A stretch of 64,000 bases of DNA from Eledone cirrhosa (GCA_964016885.1 OZ024761.1:23560001-23624000); one strand, 5' to 3'. Shown: positions 15,150 through 27,390, counted from the stretch's first letter. The notes: generated from the letters alone by a model not told the origin. Translations and numbers: made by a program.

Positions 15150-15485
15150 TACGTGTCTGTCTGCGGATGTGTGTGTGTGTGTGTGTATGTAAATGCGTGT
15201 GTTTGTGCGTGAGCGAGTGAGTGAGTGCGTGGGTGTGCGTGGTGTGTGGGGGTTTGTGTATTTATGTGTGTGCGTTTGTTTGCGTGAGTTTGTGTGTGTT
15301 TGTGTGTGTGTGTATGAGTACGTGTCTGTCTGCGGATGTGTGTGTGTGTGTATGTAAATGCGTGTGTTTGTGCGTGAGCGAGTGAGTGAGTGCGTGGGTG
15401 TGCGTGGTGTGTGGGGGTTTGTGTATTTATGTGTGTGCGTTTGTTTGCGTGAGTTTGTGTGTGTTTGTGTGTGTGTGTATGAGTA
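15150..15485. repeat. Tandem duplication of about 170 bp of GT-rich sequence
   Basis: tacgtgtctgtctgcggatgtg starts at 15150 and at 15319. Confidence 0.85.
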
Positions 15486-15974
15486 TGTGTGCATGTGTGT
15501 TTCGTCTTTGGGACAACAGTCAAAGATGACCATTAGTAATGGAATGGAGGAGAAGGAAGAGGAAGAAGGGGGAAGAAGAAGAAGAAATGACCATGATGAC
15601 GATGACAGCGATCATGACGATGATGACGATGTCGATGATGACGATGACAACGATTATGACGATGATGACGACGACGATGACGATTCCGATGCCGATGACG
15701 ACGACGACGATGCCGATGCCGATGACGACGATGACGACGATGAATATAAGGAAGTTTTAAAGATGGCGGCGAATCGAAACTAAAGAATGCAAAGATGGGG
15801 GGATGGTGATGATGAGGAGGCTGAGAGGGGAGGGTGGTGGGGGTGAGAGGAGGAGGAGGGGAAGGTAAAATAGATGTTGTTACTACAGTGTGAAAGGTTG
15901 TAGTCAGGCTAATTACTTTAGAAAAGAAAGAAACCCGTCGCCATATTGGCTGTAATTGACGAGAACGGAAATGA

Positions 15975-16420
15975 ATGGTGGAGGCGGTGGTGGCGGTGGC
16001 GGTGGTGGTGAGGGTGGTAGTGACGGTGGTGGTGGTGATGGTGGTGGTGGTAGTGTCGGTGGTGGTGGTGGTGGTGGTGGTGGTGACAGTGGTGGTGGTG
16101 GTGATGATGGTGGTAGTGACGGTGGTGGTGGTGGTAGTGACGGTGGTGATGGTGGTGGTGGTAGTGGTGGTGGTGGTGTCGGTGGTGGTGGTGGTGGTGG
16201 TGGTGGTGGTGATGATGGTGGTAGTGACGGTGGTGGTGGTGGTAGTGACGGTGGTGGTGGTGGTGGTGGTAGTGACGGTGGTGGTGGTGGTGGTAGTGAC
16301 GGTGATGATGGTGGTAGTGACGGTGGTGGTGGTGGTAGTGACGGTGGTGGTGGTGGTGACAGTGGTAGTGACGGTGGTGGTGGTGGTGATGGTGGTGATG
16401 ACGGTGGTGGTGGTAGTGGT
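15975..16420. repeat. (GGT)n array with agtgac interruptions
   Basis: Direct reading. Confidence 0.95.
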
Positions 16421-16422
16421 GA

Positions 16423-17637
16423 AGGTTCAACGACAAACTTAACTTATCAGATCTATTCTTGTGATTGATTCGGATCGAATCAGTACTAATGTTTGAGGAC
16501 AACCTCTGCTCCTCCATATCACATTGAGAAGAGTGTAGAAAGAAGGACTTACACAAAACCTGTCACCTGTCCAGCAGATTGTAGATGGTGGTAGTTCCCA
16601 GGAGGGTAGCGAAGGAAACGCGTAGACAAAAAAGCCATTCCAACTCACGTATGGCCAACCCTATCCTTGCAGTAGTGAGTAGGGTGCTGGTTTGTGGACC
16701 CGAAACCCTAGAAATCTCCATCGCTACATGTTCAACAAACAGGTTCGACAAACTTATCTTACCAGATATATTCTTGTGATTGATTCGGGTCGAATCAGTT
16801 TTAGTGTAGAAATCCCAATCGTTATAGGTCCAACGAGAAACTTAACTTATCAGATATATTCTTGTGATAGATTCGGATCGAATTATTTTTAGTGTTTGAG
16901 ACAACCATTGTTCATCTATATCACATGAGAAGAGTGTAGAAAAAAATGTGACCTACGCAAAACCTGTCCAGGCATCAAACTGCCCATCAGACTGTAGTTG
17001 GTGGTAGTTCCCCGGAGGATAGCGAAGGAAACGCGTAGAAAATAAAATAACCATTCCAACTCACGTATGACCAACCCTATCTTTGTAGTAGTGAGTAGGG
17101 TGCTGGTTTGTGGACCCGAAACCCTAGAAATCTCCATCGCTACAGGTTCAACGACAAACTTAACTTAGATATATTCTTGTGATTGATTCGGATCGAATCA
17201 GTACTAATGTTTGAGGACAACCACTGCTCCTCCATATCACATTGAGAAGAGTGTAGAAAGAAGGACTTACACAAAACCTGTCACCTGTCCAGCAGATTGT
17301 AGATGGTGGTAGTTCCCAGGAGGGTAGCGAAGGAAACGCTTAGACAAAAAAGCCATTCCAACTCGTGTATGGCCAACTCTATACTTGCAGTAGTGAGTAG
17401 GGTGCTCGATCGTGGACCCGGAACCCTAGAAATCTCCATCGCTATACGTTCAACGATAAACTTAACTTAGATATATTCTTGTGATTGATTCGGATCGAAT
17501 CAGTACTAATGTTTGAGTACAACCACTGCTCACCCATACCACATTTCAGAAAAGTGTAGGAAAAAAATGACCTACACAAAACCTGTCTCCTGTCCAGGCA
17601 TCAAACTGACCATCAGACTGTAGTTGGTGGTAGTTCA
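16423..17637. repeat. About 300-bp complex tandem repeat, alternating A/B units
   Basis: Units start at about 16423, 16826, 17144 and 17446, with a partial unit at about 16728-16825. Confidence 0.9.
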
Positions 17638-17968
17638 GTTCAGTTCATAACAGCAGGGAATTCGTTGAAGATATGAACGTCTTCTGTAAAGAAGTGGCAG
17701 ATATCTTATAAACTAAGGAAATAGACGTACCAGAATGAAAAATGAGAAAGATCAGTGGTGTATGAAATAGTGTATTGAAATGTAGTTATGGGTAACATAC
17801 TTCATTTCAAACAAAATTTCGTACAAACATCAAATATTAAATGACATAGAAATACATCCATCACTCATTTGTTGTGTTATAAAGCCTTTACTTATATAGT
17901 TGTGATAGTCATGTCGTCTAAATGTATGTACGAACATGTATATATGTGTGTTTATATATATATATATC

Positions 17969-18015
<47 letters not shown>

Positions 18016-18163
18016 GAATGCATATATATATATATATATGTACACACACACAAACACACATGCATGTATATATATATGCATATATATATATATGTGTGTG
18101 TGTGTACATATCTATGTATATATATATGTACACAGACATGCATGCATATATATATATATGCCT

Positions 18164-18219
<56 letters not shown>

Positions 18220-18328
18220 GAATGCATATATACATATATATATGTATGTATATATATATATATATATGTACACACAAACACACATGCATGTATATATATA
18301 TGCATATATATATATATATGTATATATG

Positions 18329-18361
<33 letters not shown>

Positions 18362-18756
18362 ACATATCTATGTATATATATATGTACACACACATGCATG
18401 CATATATATATATATGCCTGTATGTGTGTATATATATATACATATAGTCACATAGAGAGAAAGAGAGATTTTAATATAAGTTTCAATAGCTCTTTATGTT
18501 AGGGAGACAGATAATATAATGGATAATTTAGAGCCACATTATGTATATATATATATATGTGTGTGTGTATGTCTGTGTGTGTGTGTCTATATATATATAT
18601 ATATGTGTGTGTGTGTATGTCTGTGTGTGTGTGTCTATATATATATATATATGTCTGTGTGTGTTTGTATGTATGTATGTATATATATATACATACATAC
18701 ATACAATGTGTTTGTATGTATGTATGTATGTATATATATATACATACATACATACA

Positions 18757-19310
18757 ATGGTCGGGTCGTTGGCGACTAAACTGGCAACCCCACCAAGGTT
18801 TCTTGGTGAGGAGGGTGACTGGACATCCTGCAGGACTAAAAACAAAACCTGTCAAAGGAGCTCTTAAGAGTCAATGGCCATCCAAAATAACCGGGAGAGA
18901 TGACCCCTTAGCCTTTGTCAAGGCAGAATTCTAGGAGAAGGAAAACTCTGATATAACACCTGCAACCCTGACGGTATCCAATGATGTTGACTTGTTCTTC
19001 TTTTTGGTAAATATCATCTCGGTTAAGAGAGTGGGACTGGCTTTGTGCAGTGCCTTTGCTCACTATAAAAGCTTCACAGCACAGGCATTGCTTTATATCT
19101 GGAGATCTCTCCGCACTTGTCGTCACATGGTATCATGGGCCCAGCACTATGTAGTGTTTGTACCATGGTCCCAGCACAAGTGTAGTGTTTGTACCAGAGT
19201 TTTCAAGTCGCTGGCTGGACTAAAAGGTCACACTCGTTCAGCGCATCGGTAGGGGTTCTCCTATATGGATATAAAGTAGTGGCCGTACTCGAAAACGAGT
19301 TGGCAGCCAC

Positions 19311-19312
<2 letters not shown>
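18757..19312 (+). mobile_element. RTE-like LINE derivative: 5' module joined to 3' end with terminal C2H2 finger
   Basis: The 5' part matches 21672-21808 and the reverse of 37790-38135, and contains ctaggagaaggaaaactctga. The 3' part encodes HKCSVCTRVFKSLAGLKGHTRSAHR* followed by the stem-loop gtggccgtactcgaaaacgagttggcagccac. Confidence 0.65.
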
Positions 19313-19349
<37 letters not shown>

Positions 19350-19407
19350 ACATAGAGGTAAGATAGTACCTGTATCTATATATTCATAATTATATGTTAG
19401 AAAGCTG

Positions 19408-19675
19408 AAGATGCGTAGTTTAATGATTAGGTTTGTTAGGCCCACGGTTATGAGTTCGATTCTCGAACGAGGCAGCGCATTCCGTCCTTGAACAAGACAC
19501 TTTATTTCACATTTACTCCAGTCTACGCAACTGTCAAAAATGTGTTGTGCCTGTACTTCAACTAACCAGACTTGTCATGTCACACCGTGTAATGATGTAT
19601 CTCCCTGAGAGTTATGTTAAGGGTGCACGTGTTTGTGGAATATCAGTCACGTGTGCATTAATTTCACGAACAGAC
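19408..19675 (+). mobile_element. tRNA-derived SINE family A
   Basis: B-box-like gagttcgattctc followed by cttgaacaagacactttatttcac. Homologous to 26545, 27480 and 58058. Confidence 0.75.
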
Positions 19676-20158
19676 TTTCGTAAGAACCACTTTCGTAATT
19701 CATTTTATGTAGAAATGTTTAAAATATTTTTCGTTCAGCTAAGATTTGATGCTGGTCCAACAGATTTTATCCTGGTTGATCAGATTTAAATTTTCGTTAC
19801 TAAAATGAACCAATCCCCCCCCCCCCAATACTGTTCTATTAGACATGATAAAAGCAAGCTATTGACTGTATTCGAGTCTTTTCGTGTCCCCTTTTCTCTG
19901 TGGGTTTCTTCTGCGATTATTTTCTTCGGATTTAGGGTTTTCAGCTGACCTACAAACTATCCTGTAGAGCGGGCGGGCCGCAAGCGCTGATTTACATTCG
20001 TGCCCACGTTTAAAAAAATGGTGGTAACTCGGGTTGTTTTGATTTATTTCTTCAGAATTCGTACACGTTGTTTTCCTCGATCGTAAAAATGATAAAAAGA
20101 TAAATTACGACTGAAAAGTTGGAGTAAAAAAATCAGAAAGATTTCACTTAGGGGACTT

Positions 20159-20191
20159 ATGACTGCTGTAGAGAATGGCGTGGTCAGTGAA
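20159..20191 (+). CDS. Possible short first coding exon (MTAVENGVVSE), unassigned
   Basis: ATG at 20159 and a consensus donor gtaagt at 20192. Lies in non-repetitive DNA downstream of a GC box (gggcggg, about 19971). No homology recognised. Confidence 0.2.
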
Positions 20192-20692
20192 GTAAGTCGC
20201 TTTTTATTCTGGAAATTCTGACCACCAGTTAATGATAGCCACTATAGAACAGTTATACATCTCACTTGCTAGCCACCACATGACTACTCAGTTGTACAGC
20301 TTATCTCGAGTTACACCTTCACAGCTTTTGTTTTCCTCGTGAACGTAACCCCTTTGATCACTAAGCGCTCTTATTTCTATTATACAAGGCTATTTGCTTT
20401 AAAAAGTTTATCTCAAACCCCAGAGTCTTTGCTAAACTATGCTCCATATAGAAAATTATATTATAGAAATGTAGTAACAAAATGATTTATGGCGATAAAT
20501 TTCATGAACACTGAAATATGAACTGATACACATTAACATGTGAATATTCAACGCATTTTTTCGTTGACTGGAACATTGAAGAGAACTTCTCTATTTGGCT
20601 AATCTTACCACGGAGTACCTGCTTCGCTGAATAGACTCGCCTGTTTCAAAAGTAAGTTACTTTTAATATTTACTATAGCAAATCATTATTAG

Positions 20693-20843
20693 ATTGGCAG
20701 ACAGTATCGGTAGAGGATCAGACGCCATGCTTTGCAGCATAGCGTTACGGTCCTTTATGATCTGAGTTCAAATCCCGCCGAGGTTAATTTTGCCTTGTCG
20801 ATAAAATAAAGTAAATACACTGGGGTCGATTTAATCGACTTTC

Positions 20844-20874
<31 letters not shown>

Positions 20875-20918
20875 GATTGCTGGCCGTGTGCTTATGCTAG
20901 AAATCATTATTATTATTA
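20693..20918 (+). mobile_element. SINE family B, near full length
   Basis: tggcag...gagttcaaatcccgccgaggttaattttgcc...ggggtcgatttaatcgact...agaaatcattattatt. Many copies in the window. Confidence 0.8.
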
Positions 20919-21074
20919 GTTTTATTATGCATTTTCCAAAATATTTTCAAAAATTTTGACACACAAAATAAAACAATATAGAATTTAAAAGAAGAAACAC
21001 CAACAGCTTTAGATATTTTCTTGTGATTGATTCGGATCGAAGTCTTTTGACTTTATTGCCTAGGTATCTCTTAT

Positions 21075-21500
21075 CTGTTATCTGTCCCATAGTCTGGAGG
21101 ACCGTTCGGGTGCCACAGAAGACCTGATAACCAGCTCCTTCCATTCCTGTCACCATTCCACCCTCCTCATGGTTACACCCAGTCTAATGCCTGTCCATTC
21201 CGAGATATTGTCCTGTCTCTCTTCCTTCCTCCTTGTATTGTTCCCTGCAGGACAGTCCTGTCCATCCTTCTCGCCTTTCCACCCTCCTCGTGGTTGTACC
21301 CGGCTTCATGCCTGTCCATTCCGGGATGTTGTCCGCCCATCTCTTTCTCTATCTGTCTCTCTTCTTCCCTCCTTATATTGTTCCCTGCAGGACAGTCTTG
21401 GAAAGCCTTGAAGATCCTGACACGGGCCTGCACCATCTCAATTTGCGGGGGGGGGGGTTCCAATTGTCAACAGGTCTTCGTAGGGCCCGATGGCTTGCCA
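21075..21500 (-). mobile_element. RTE-clade LINE 3' fragment (RT ORF C-terminus), degenerate, with internal tandem duplication of about 140 bp
   Basis: The minus strand yields, across stops and frameshifts, AIGPYEDLLTI..RKLRW..SSRLSKTVLQGTI.GGR..RQRKRWADNIPEWTG..WKELVIRSSVAPERSSRLWDR*. This matches the typical RTE C-terminus. Confidence 0.85.
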
Positions 21501-21611
21501 AAATAATGCCCAGGTACTCCCATCTTAACTGATCTCTGACAGATTTAACACCAACTGCCAAACTGTTGTCATCAATAGATCGTGTTTGTATCATTTATAA
21601 AAACATATTAG

Positions 21612-21810
21612 ACTTTATGTCGGGTCACTCTCGAGTGCTACTGGTAACATGTACCCCAGTACAACCTGTCGCATGGTCGGGTCGTCGGCGACTAAACCGG
21701 CAACCCACCATGTTTACTTGGTGAGGAGGGTGATATTCGACACCCTGCAGGACAAAAACAAAACCTGACAAAGGACGGAAGAATTCATGAGAGTCAACGG
21801 CCATCTGAAA
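21612..21810 (+). mobile_element. RTE-like 5' module
   Basis: Homologous to 18757-18885 and to the reverse complement of 37960-38190. Confidence 0.65.
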
Positions 21811-22351
21811 AAAAAAAAGAAAATCCTCCCAAATCAATGGGTGGCAGTAGTTCCAGCTACACGTAACGAAAGACCGGTGTAGTGGTTCTGAGAACAATGC
21901 GGCTTTGCAGATGATCAATGCAAATTGACAAGGGAAAGGCGCTCCCGCTCGAGTTAGAAGAGAACTATTGACCTTCAGAAGAAGCAGTGAACCCTGATTG
22001 TATTCAGCAACCGAAACAAATATGAAGTACACCAACACAATGTATGTGTATATTTATATATATGTATGTATATATGTATGTCTATATTTATATACGTATG
22101 TATGTATATATATTTGTGTACATTTATATACGTATGTATATATGTTTGTGTATATATACATATATATATAGATGTATATATATACATATATATATGTGTG
22201 TGTGTGTGTGTGTGTAGTTCTCGCCGTTCGTCACCCTGTCAATGTGCGGTTGTGTGACGCATACAAATGCGAACGCTTTGTGCAGTATTTCACACGCTTT
22301 ATATTCGTGACACTCACACAAACAGTTGATCGAATGGACTACAATGGACGA

Positions 22352-22400
<49 letters not shown>

Positions 22401-22454
22401 GAGAGAGAGAGAGGGAGAGAGAGGTAGGTAGGTATATATATATATGTATGTATG

Positions 22455-22648
22455 TATAATAAATAACTGTTTCTACTTTTGACACAAGGCCAGCAATTAC
22501 CCAGTGTATTACTGGTACTTTATTTTATCGACCCCGTAAAGATGAAAGGCAAAGTTAACCTCGGCGAGATTTGAACTCAGATCATAAAGGGGCGTAACTC
22601 TATGCTACAAAGCATGGCGTCCGACTCTCTACCGCTGCTGCCAATCCA
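22455..22648 (-). mobile_element. SINE family B
   Basis: Reverse complement of the 20693-20918 family. Confidence 0.8.
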
Positions 22649-22662
22649 GTTTTTTGGGGGGG

Positions 22663-22962
22663 TTTTAACTGTTATATTGATGCCATGTATTTTTTAAGCT
22701 GTATTACACGCACCCTCTCTATTGTTTGTATTATATATTTTTCTCATGTTCTCAATATTAGGGTATAAATATTGAGTTTTGTCATATGTTAATCACTACC
22801 ATGACTGAATCTTAACCATCTACTATGTCAGGGTATGTCATGCATCATCTTATTTTATCTGATGAGGCCGTACTGTTGAACTTAACTCAGTACCTCTGAA
22901 ATGTGTATAATAAAATATAATTGATCACAAGAAGTTCTATTTTTGTTAATATTTTGAATTAA

Positions 22963-22965
<3 letters not shown>
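22663..22965 (+). mobile_element. PLE-like pseudo-LTR fragment ending in (TA)n
   Basis: Near-identical to 41036-41337. Contains a hammerhead. Confidence 0.8.
22851..22917 (+). ncRNA. Type I minimal hammerhead ribozyme
   Basis: tattttat-CTGATGA-stem II-GAAA-tgtgtaTA-ataaaata. Confidence 0.7.
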
Positions 22966-22994
<29 letters not shown>

Positions 22995-24136
22995 GTATTC
23001 TCCTCTCTTTCTCTCTATCCTCTCTTTCTCTCTATCCTCTCTATCTCTCTATCCTCTCTTTCTCTCTATCCTCTCTTTCTCTCTATCCTCTCTTTCTCCC
23101 TATCTCCCTCTATCTCCTCACTCTCTCTTTCTTTCCTCCCTCTTTCTATCTATCTCCGCTCTCTCTCCTCTCTCTATCTACCCTCTGTCCCTCTCTCTAT
23201 CTACCCTCTCTCCCTCTCTGTCTTCTCTCTTTCCCTCTCTCTCCCTCGTCTCGGTAGTTGTGGTGTTACTAGTAGTGGTGGTAGTATTAGTAGTGGTGGT
23301 AGTAGTGGTACTAGTGGTAGTAGTAGTAGTTGTGATGGTAGAGGTGGTAGTAGTGGTGGTGGTGGTAGTAGTAGTAGTTGTGATGGTAGAGGTAATAGTG
23401 GTAGTAGTAGTGGTGGTGGTGGTGGTGGTGGTAATGTCCCAATGTTCGCGTGCAGACGATATTCTGTTGTCTCCATATTTGGAGAGACTGCCAACAGGCA
23501 GACGACCATGCCATCACAGACACACATATACATATATATATATATATATACATCATCATCTATACACATATATATATATATAACACCATCTATACATACA
23601 TATATATATATAACACCATCTATACATACATATATATATATAACACCATCTATACATACATATATATCTCTATATATATCTACAACACCATCTATACATA
23701 CATTTATATACAACACCATCTATACATATATATATATATATACAACACCATCTATACATATATGTATATACATATATATATATATACGTATATATACAAC
23801 GCCATCTACTTATACACACACAACGCCACCTACACACACACACTAATCATTTTTATTTTTATTTATTTTCTATGTCGAGCGATTGATATGGCGGAGGTGG
23901 GGAGATTAGGTGGGGGAGGTGGCGAGATTGGGTGGGGAGGGCTGGGGTGGGAGGGGGAGATTGTGTGGGGGAGGGGGGGGGGGGAGATGAGAAAGGTCGA
24001 ATGTGAGAAAGACAAAGGGTGGGGGGAGAAAGAGAGGGATATATAGAAAGAGGAGATATAAGGAGAGATGGAGAGAAAGAGATGGTGGAGAGTGAAGATT
24101 ATATATAGAGAGAAATCTGAGAGAGAAAGATTCTGG

Positions 24137-24190
<54 letters not shown>

Positions 24191-24264
24191 GAGATAAAAA
24201 CTACGAGAGAAAGAGGGAGAGAGAGATTCATGCAGATTAAGAGAGAGAGAGAGTAAGAGAGAGA

Positions 24265-24612
24265 AAGTGTGTTAGAGAGGGGGAGAGAAAGAGTGTTAGA
24301 GAGAGGGAGAGAAAGCCTGTTAGAGAGGGGGAGAGAACGAGTGTTAGAGAGAGGGAGAGAAATTGTGTTAGAGAGAGGGAGAGAAAGCGTGTTAGAGAGG
24401 AGGAGAGAAAGAGTGTTAGAGAGAGGGAGAGAAAGCCTGTTAGAGAGGGGGAGAGAACGAGTGTTAGAGAGAGGGAGAGAAAGTGTGTTAGAGAGAGGGA
24501 GAGAAAGAGTGTTAGAGAGAGGGAGAGAAAGCGTGTTAGAGAGAGGGAGAGAAAGCGTGTTAGAGAGGGGGAGAGAAGGTGTGTTGGAGAGGGGGAGAGA
24601 AAGAGTTTTAGA
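24265..24612. repeat. 24-bp minisatellite (gtgttagagagagggagagaaaga)
   Basis: About 14 units. Source of the LSLPLSNT/LERGRE ORFs. Confidence 0.92.
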
Positions 24613-24984
24613 AAGGGTGGTAAGAAGAAGAGTGATTTGTGAGAAAAACACCTTGAAAAGGTGATGTTTAACACCATGGAACATGGCGGCCATCTCGGCT
24701 GCCATACGACATGGCAAATGTCTTGCTAAATTGGAATTGCAGATTTTGTCTCCAAATATTTTCTATCGCCCTCTCTCTCTCTCTATCTTTCTTTCTCTCC
24801 TTCTCTCTCTCTCTCTATCTATCTATCTTTCTTTCTCTCTCTCCTTCTCTCTCTCCTTCTCTTTCTCTCGCTCTCTCCTTTTCTCTCTCTCTTTCTCTCC
24901 TTTTCTCTCTCTCTTTCTCTCCTTTTCTCTCTCTCTTTCTCTCATCTCCTATCTCTCTCTTCTATTTCTCTCTCATACTCACTC

Positions 24985-25060
24985 ATCTCATCTGAGGACC
25001 GTGAGAAACAGGTGAAACTCCAGTGAGACCAGACTCACTGTTTAGCCTTAATAAAATGAA
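24985..25060 (+). mobile_element. Decayed hammerhead-bearing PLE-like tail (family of 43711)
   Basis: CTGAGGA cc..ggt GAAA ctc cagt gag, then cactgtttagccttaata shared with 43766-43783. The cleavage site is not intact. Confidence 0.45.
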
Positions 25061-25069
25061 TATATATAT

Positions 25070-25242
25070 ATAATTGTTTCTACTTTTGGCACAAGGCCAG
25101 CAATTACCCCAGTACATTACTAGTACTTTATTTTATCAACCCCGTAAGGATGAAAGGCAAAGTTAACCTCGGCGGGATTTGAACTCAGATCATAAAGGGC
25201 TGTAACTCATGGCGTCCGACCCTCTACCGATACTGCCGATCC
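25070..25242 (-). mobile_element. SINE family B
   Basis: Matches 22455-22648. Confidence 0.8.
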
Positions 25243-25394
25243 ACGTGTGTGTTTGTGTGAAGGAATAGCGTCCGAAACATTAAGACTCTTTTCCTACTAT
25301 ATCAAGCGTAAAACTAATATATTTCTTCATTGTACTGAGTTGTTTGCTTTGTTATTCTGTTAACATTTTACACACACACACATACACACACACA

Positions 25395-25435
<41 letters not shown>

Positions 25436-25440
<5 letters not shown>

Positions 25441-25560
25441 AACGAGTAGGACCCCGACGGCTAATTCTGGACTAATTATTGAGTACTCTACTACCCTAAG
25501 TATTGAGTACTTTGGTGTGTTACGGTCCATCTGGTTCCTTACCACATTTCCTCCGTTATA
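25436..25560 (+). mobile_element. Palindromic family, subfamily B, internally deleted
   Basis: The arm is deleted between the two cgacggct motifs and the second arm is missing. The tail is intact. (TA)n on both sides. Confidence 0.8.
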
Positions 25561-25686
25561 TATATATATAATATATATATTTATATATATATATATATAT
25601 ATTTATAAATGAAGTATTTCAGTATAAATATCTGACTTCAAGAAACTACTGGTAAATGAATTAATTATCTTATGTTGCTTATTACA

Positions 25687-25779
<93 letters not shown>

Positions 25780-26077
25780 AACTAATGAGACTAAAACATT
25801 TCAATTTCTACTAAACACATATTACATACGTGATTCACATATATTGCGCACGTACTAGAAAGCTGTAGGTTTGTCTCGATCACGTGACGACGAAGGCTTT
25901 GGTGGTTTCTAATGAAATTAAATTGTCATAAGTGACCCTCTCACTAATTACACCTACTAATTAATCTTCACTAAAACCTCTCTGACGTCAGCGTTTTAGA
26001 ATAGAGTTCAAAAGATCAAATTAAATTTAGAGGAAAAAATTACAATATATATTTTGTTTTATATCCAAGCGGAATAC

Positions 26078-26133
<56 letters not shown>

Positions 26134-26274
26134 GTAAGTATGTATGTATATATACGTACATACATATATGTATACAGACGTACAGTAGTATGTATATATA
26201 TACATACATGCACACACATATATATATATATGCACGTATACTTTCAGACGTTCAACCATCTGGCAGGAAGGTAT

Positions 26275-26317
26275 ACGATGCTGACGATAGCTAATAAGCT
26301 TGAAACTAGTACATCGT
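26275..26317 (+). ncRNA. Type I minimal hammerhead ribozyme, intact
   Basis: acgatg-CTGACGA-t-agct aata agct-t-GAAA-ctag-TA-catcgt: 6-bp stem I, 4-bp stem II, palindromic stem III ACTAGT, GUA site. Confidence 0.85.
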
Positions 26318-26544
26318 TCCTGTGTCAGTGTTGAACAAAAAGGTGACGTGGTTGCCTGAACACTGTACGGCGTAATTTGGGCTGTTTGTTTGTTTACAAA
26401 CAAACCGAACATTATAATAAATGTTCGGAAAACCGATACGTGCACATATATATATATGTGTGTGCATGTATGTATATATATACATACTACTGTATACATA
26501 TATGTATGTACGTATATATACATACATACTTACATTTAAGTAAC

Positions 26545-26722
26545 TGCCGTACTATCGGGTTTACAATTGTGAGGTTGTGAGTTCGATTCTCGGACTGGGC
26601 TTTGCATTGTGTTCTTGAGCAAGTCACTTTATTTCACGTTGCTCCAGTTTAATCATCTCTAGAAATTAGTTGTGACGTCACTCGTGCCAAGCTGTATCGG
26701 CCTTTGCATTTCCCTTGGACTA
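26545..26722 (+). mobile_element. SINE family A fragment
   Basis: gtgaggttgtgagttcgattctcggac...cttgagcaagtcactttatttcacgttgctccag. Confidence 0.75.
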
Positions 26723-26898
26723 CACCATATATAGTGTATGTATAGTGTATATATACTGTACATAGTGTATATATATATTATAGTGTATAGATATTATATT
26801 GTATATATATATTATAGTGTATAGATATTATATTGTGTATATATATATATATATATATATTATAGTATATCTTGTATATTATAGTGTGTAGATATATA

Positions 26899-26929
<31 letters not shown>

Positions 26930-26946
26930 GTTACAGTATATATTGT

Positions 26947-26994
<48 letters not shown>

Positions 26995-26996
<2 letters not shown>

Positions 26997-27225
26997 AAAA
27001 AATTGAACGGGAACAAAACAGAGAGGCAGTGCGAACAAAGGTTTATTAGTTTCACGCTCTTGAGAGTGGGGTGGTGGTGGGGAACGACGTTTCGGGCATA
27101 AGCCCTTCTTCAAGCGAAAAGTGTGTGGGAAGAGAGTTCCAAGGGTGTGTAAGGGAGTGGTGGAGAGACATATAGAAAAAAGGGGGTGAGAGGAAACGGT
27201 ACAAATGAAATTAAATATAAAAGCA
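26995..27225 (-). mobile_element. PLE-like tail with decayed hammerhead, (TA)n-flanked
   Basis: The minus strand reads cgcTTGAAGAagggcttatgcccGAAAcgTCg (core C to T). Confidence 0.5.
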
Positions 27226-27252
27226 TAATAAAATATATATATATATATATAT

Positions 27253-27390
27253 ATATTGTTATACTTGGGGAGGGTCATATTTGTGTAATATTGCCAGAAT
27301 TAATAACAGAACACACTCAATGTTTGGTTGGTTCTGTTATTAATTCTGGCAATATTACACAAATATGACCCTCCCCAAGTATAACAATAT
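27253..27390. repeat. Perfect 60-bp inverted repeat with 18-nt loop
   Basis: 27253-27312 versus 27331-27390. The arm start atattgttatactt..ggagggtcat is shared with 31138, 55622 and 62061. Confidence 0.9.

Noticed and set aside
15358-15783. Acidic poly-Asp ORF
   Set aside because: It is a (GAT/GAC)n microsatellite that begins in GT repeat, with no domain evidence.
16585-16625. HDV-like or twister ribozyme in the 300-bp repeat
   Set aside because: gttcc..CGAAggaaac mimics P2/J4-2, but the intervening sequence is too short for P3/P1/P4.
19175-19252. Host C2H2 zinc-finger gene
   Set aside because: A single terminal finger followed by a LINE-type 3' stem-loop is better explained as an RTE remnant.
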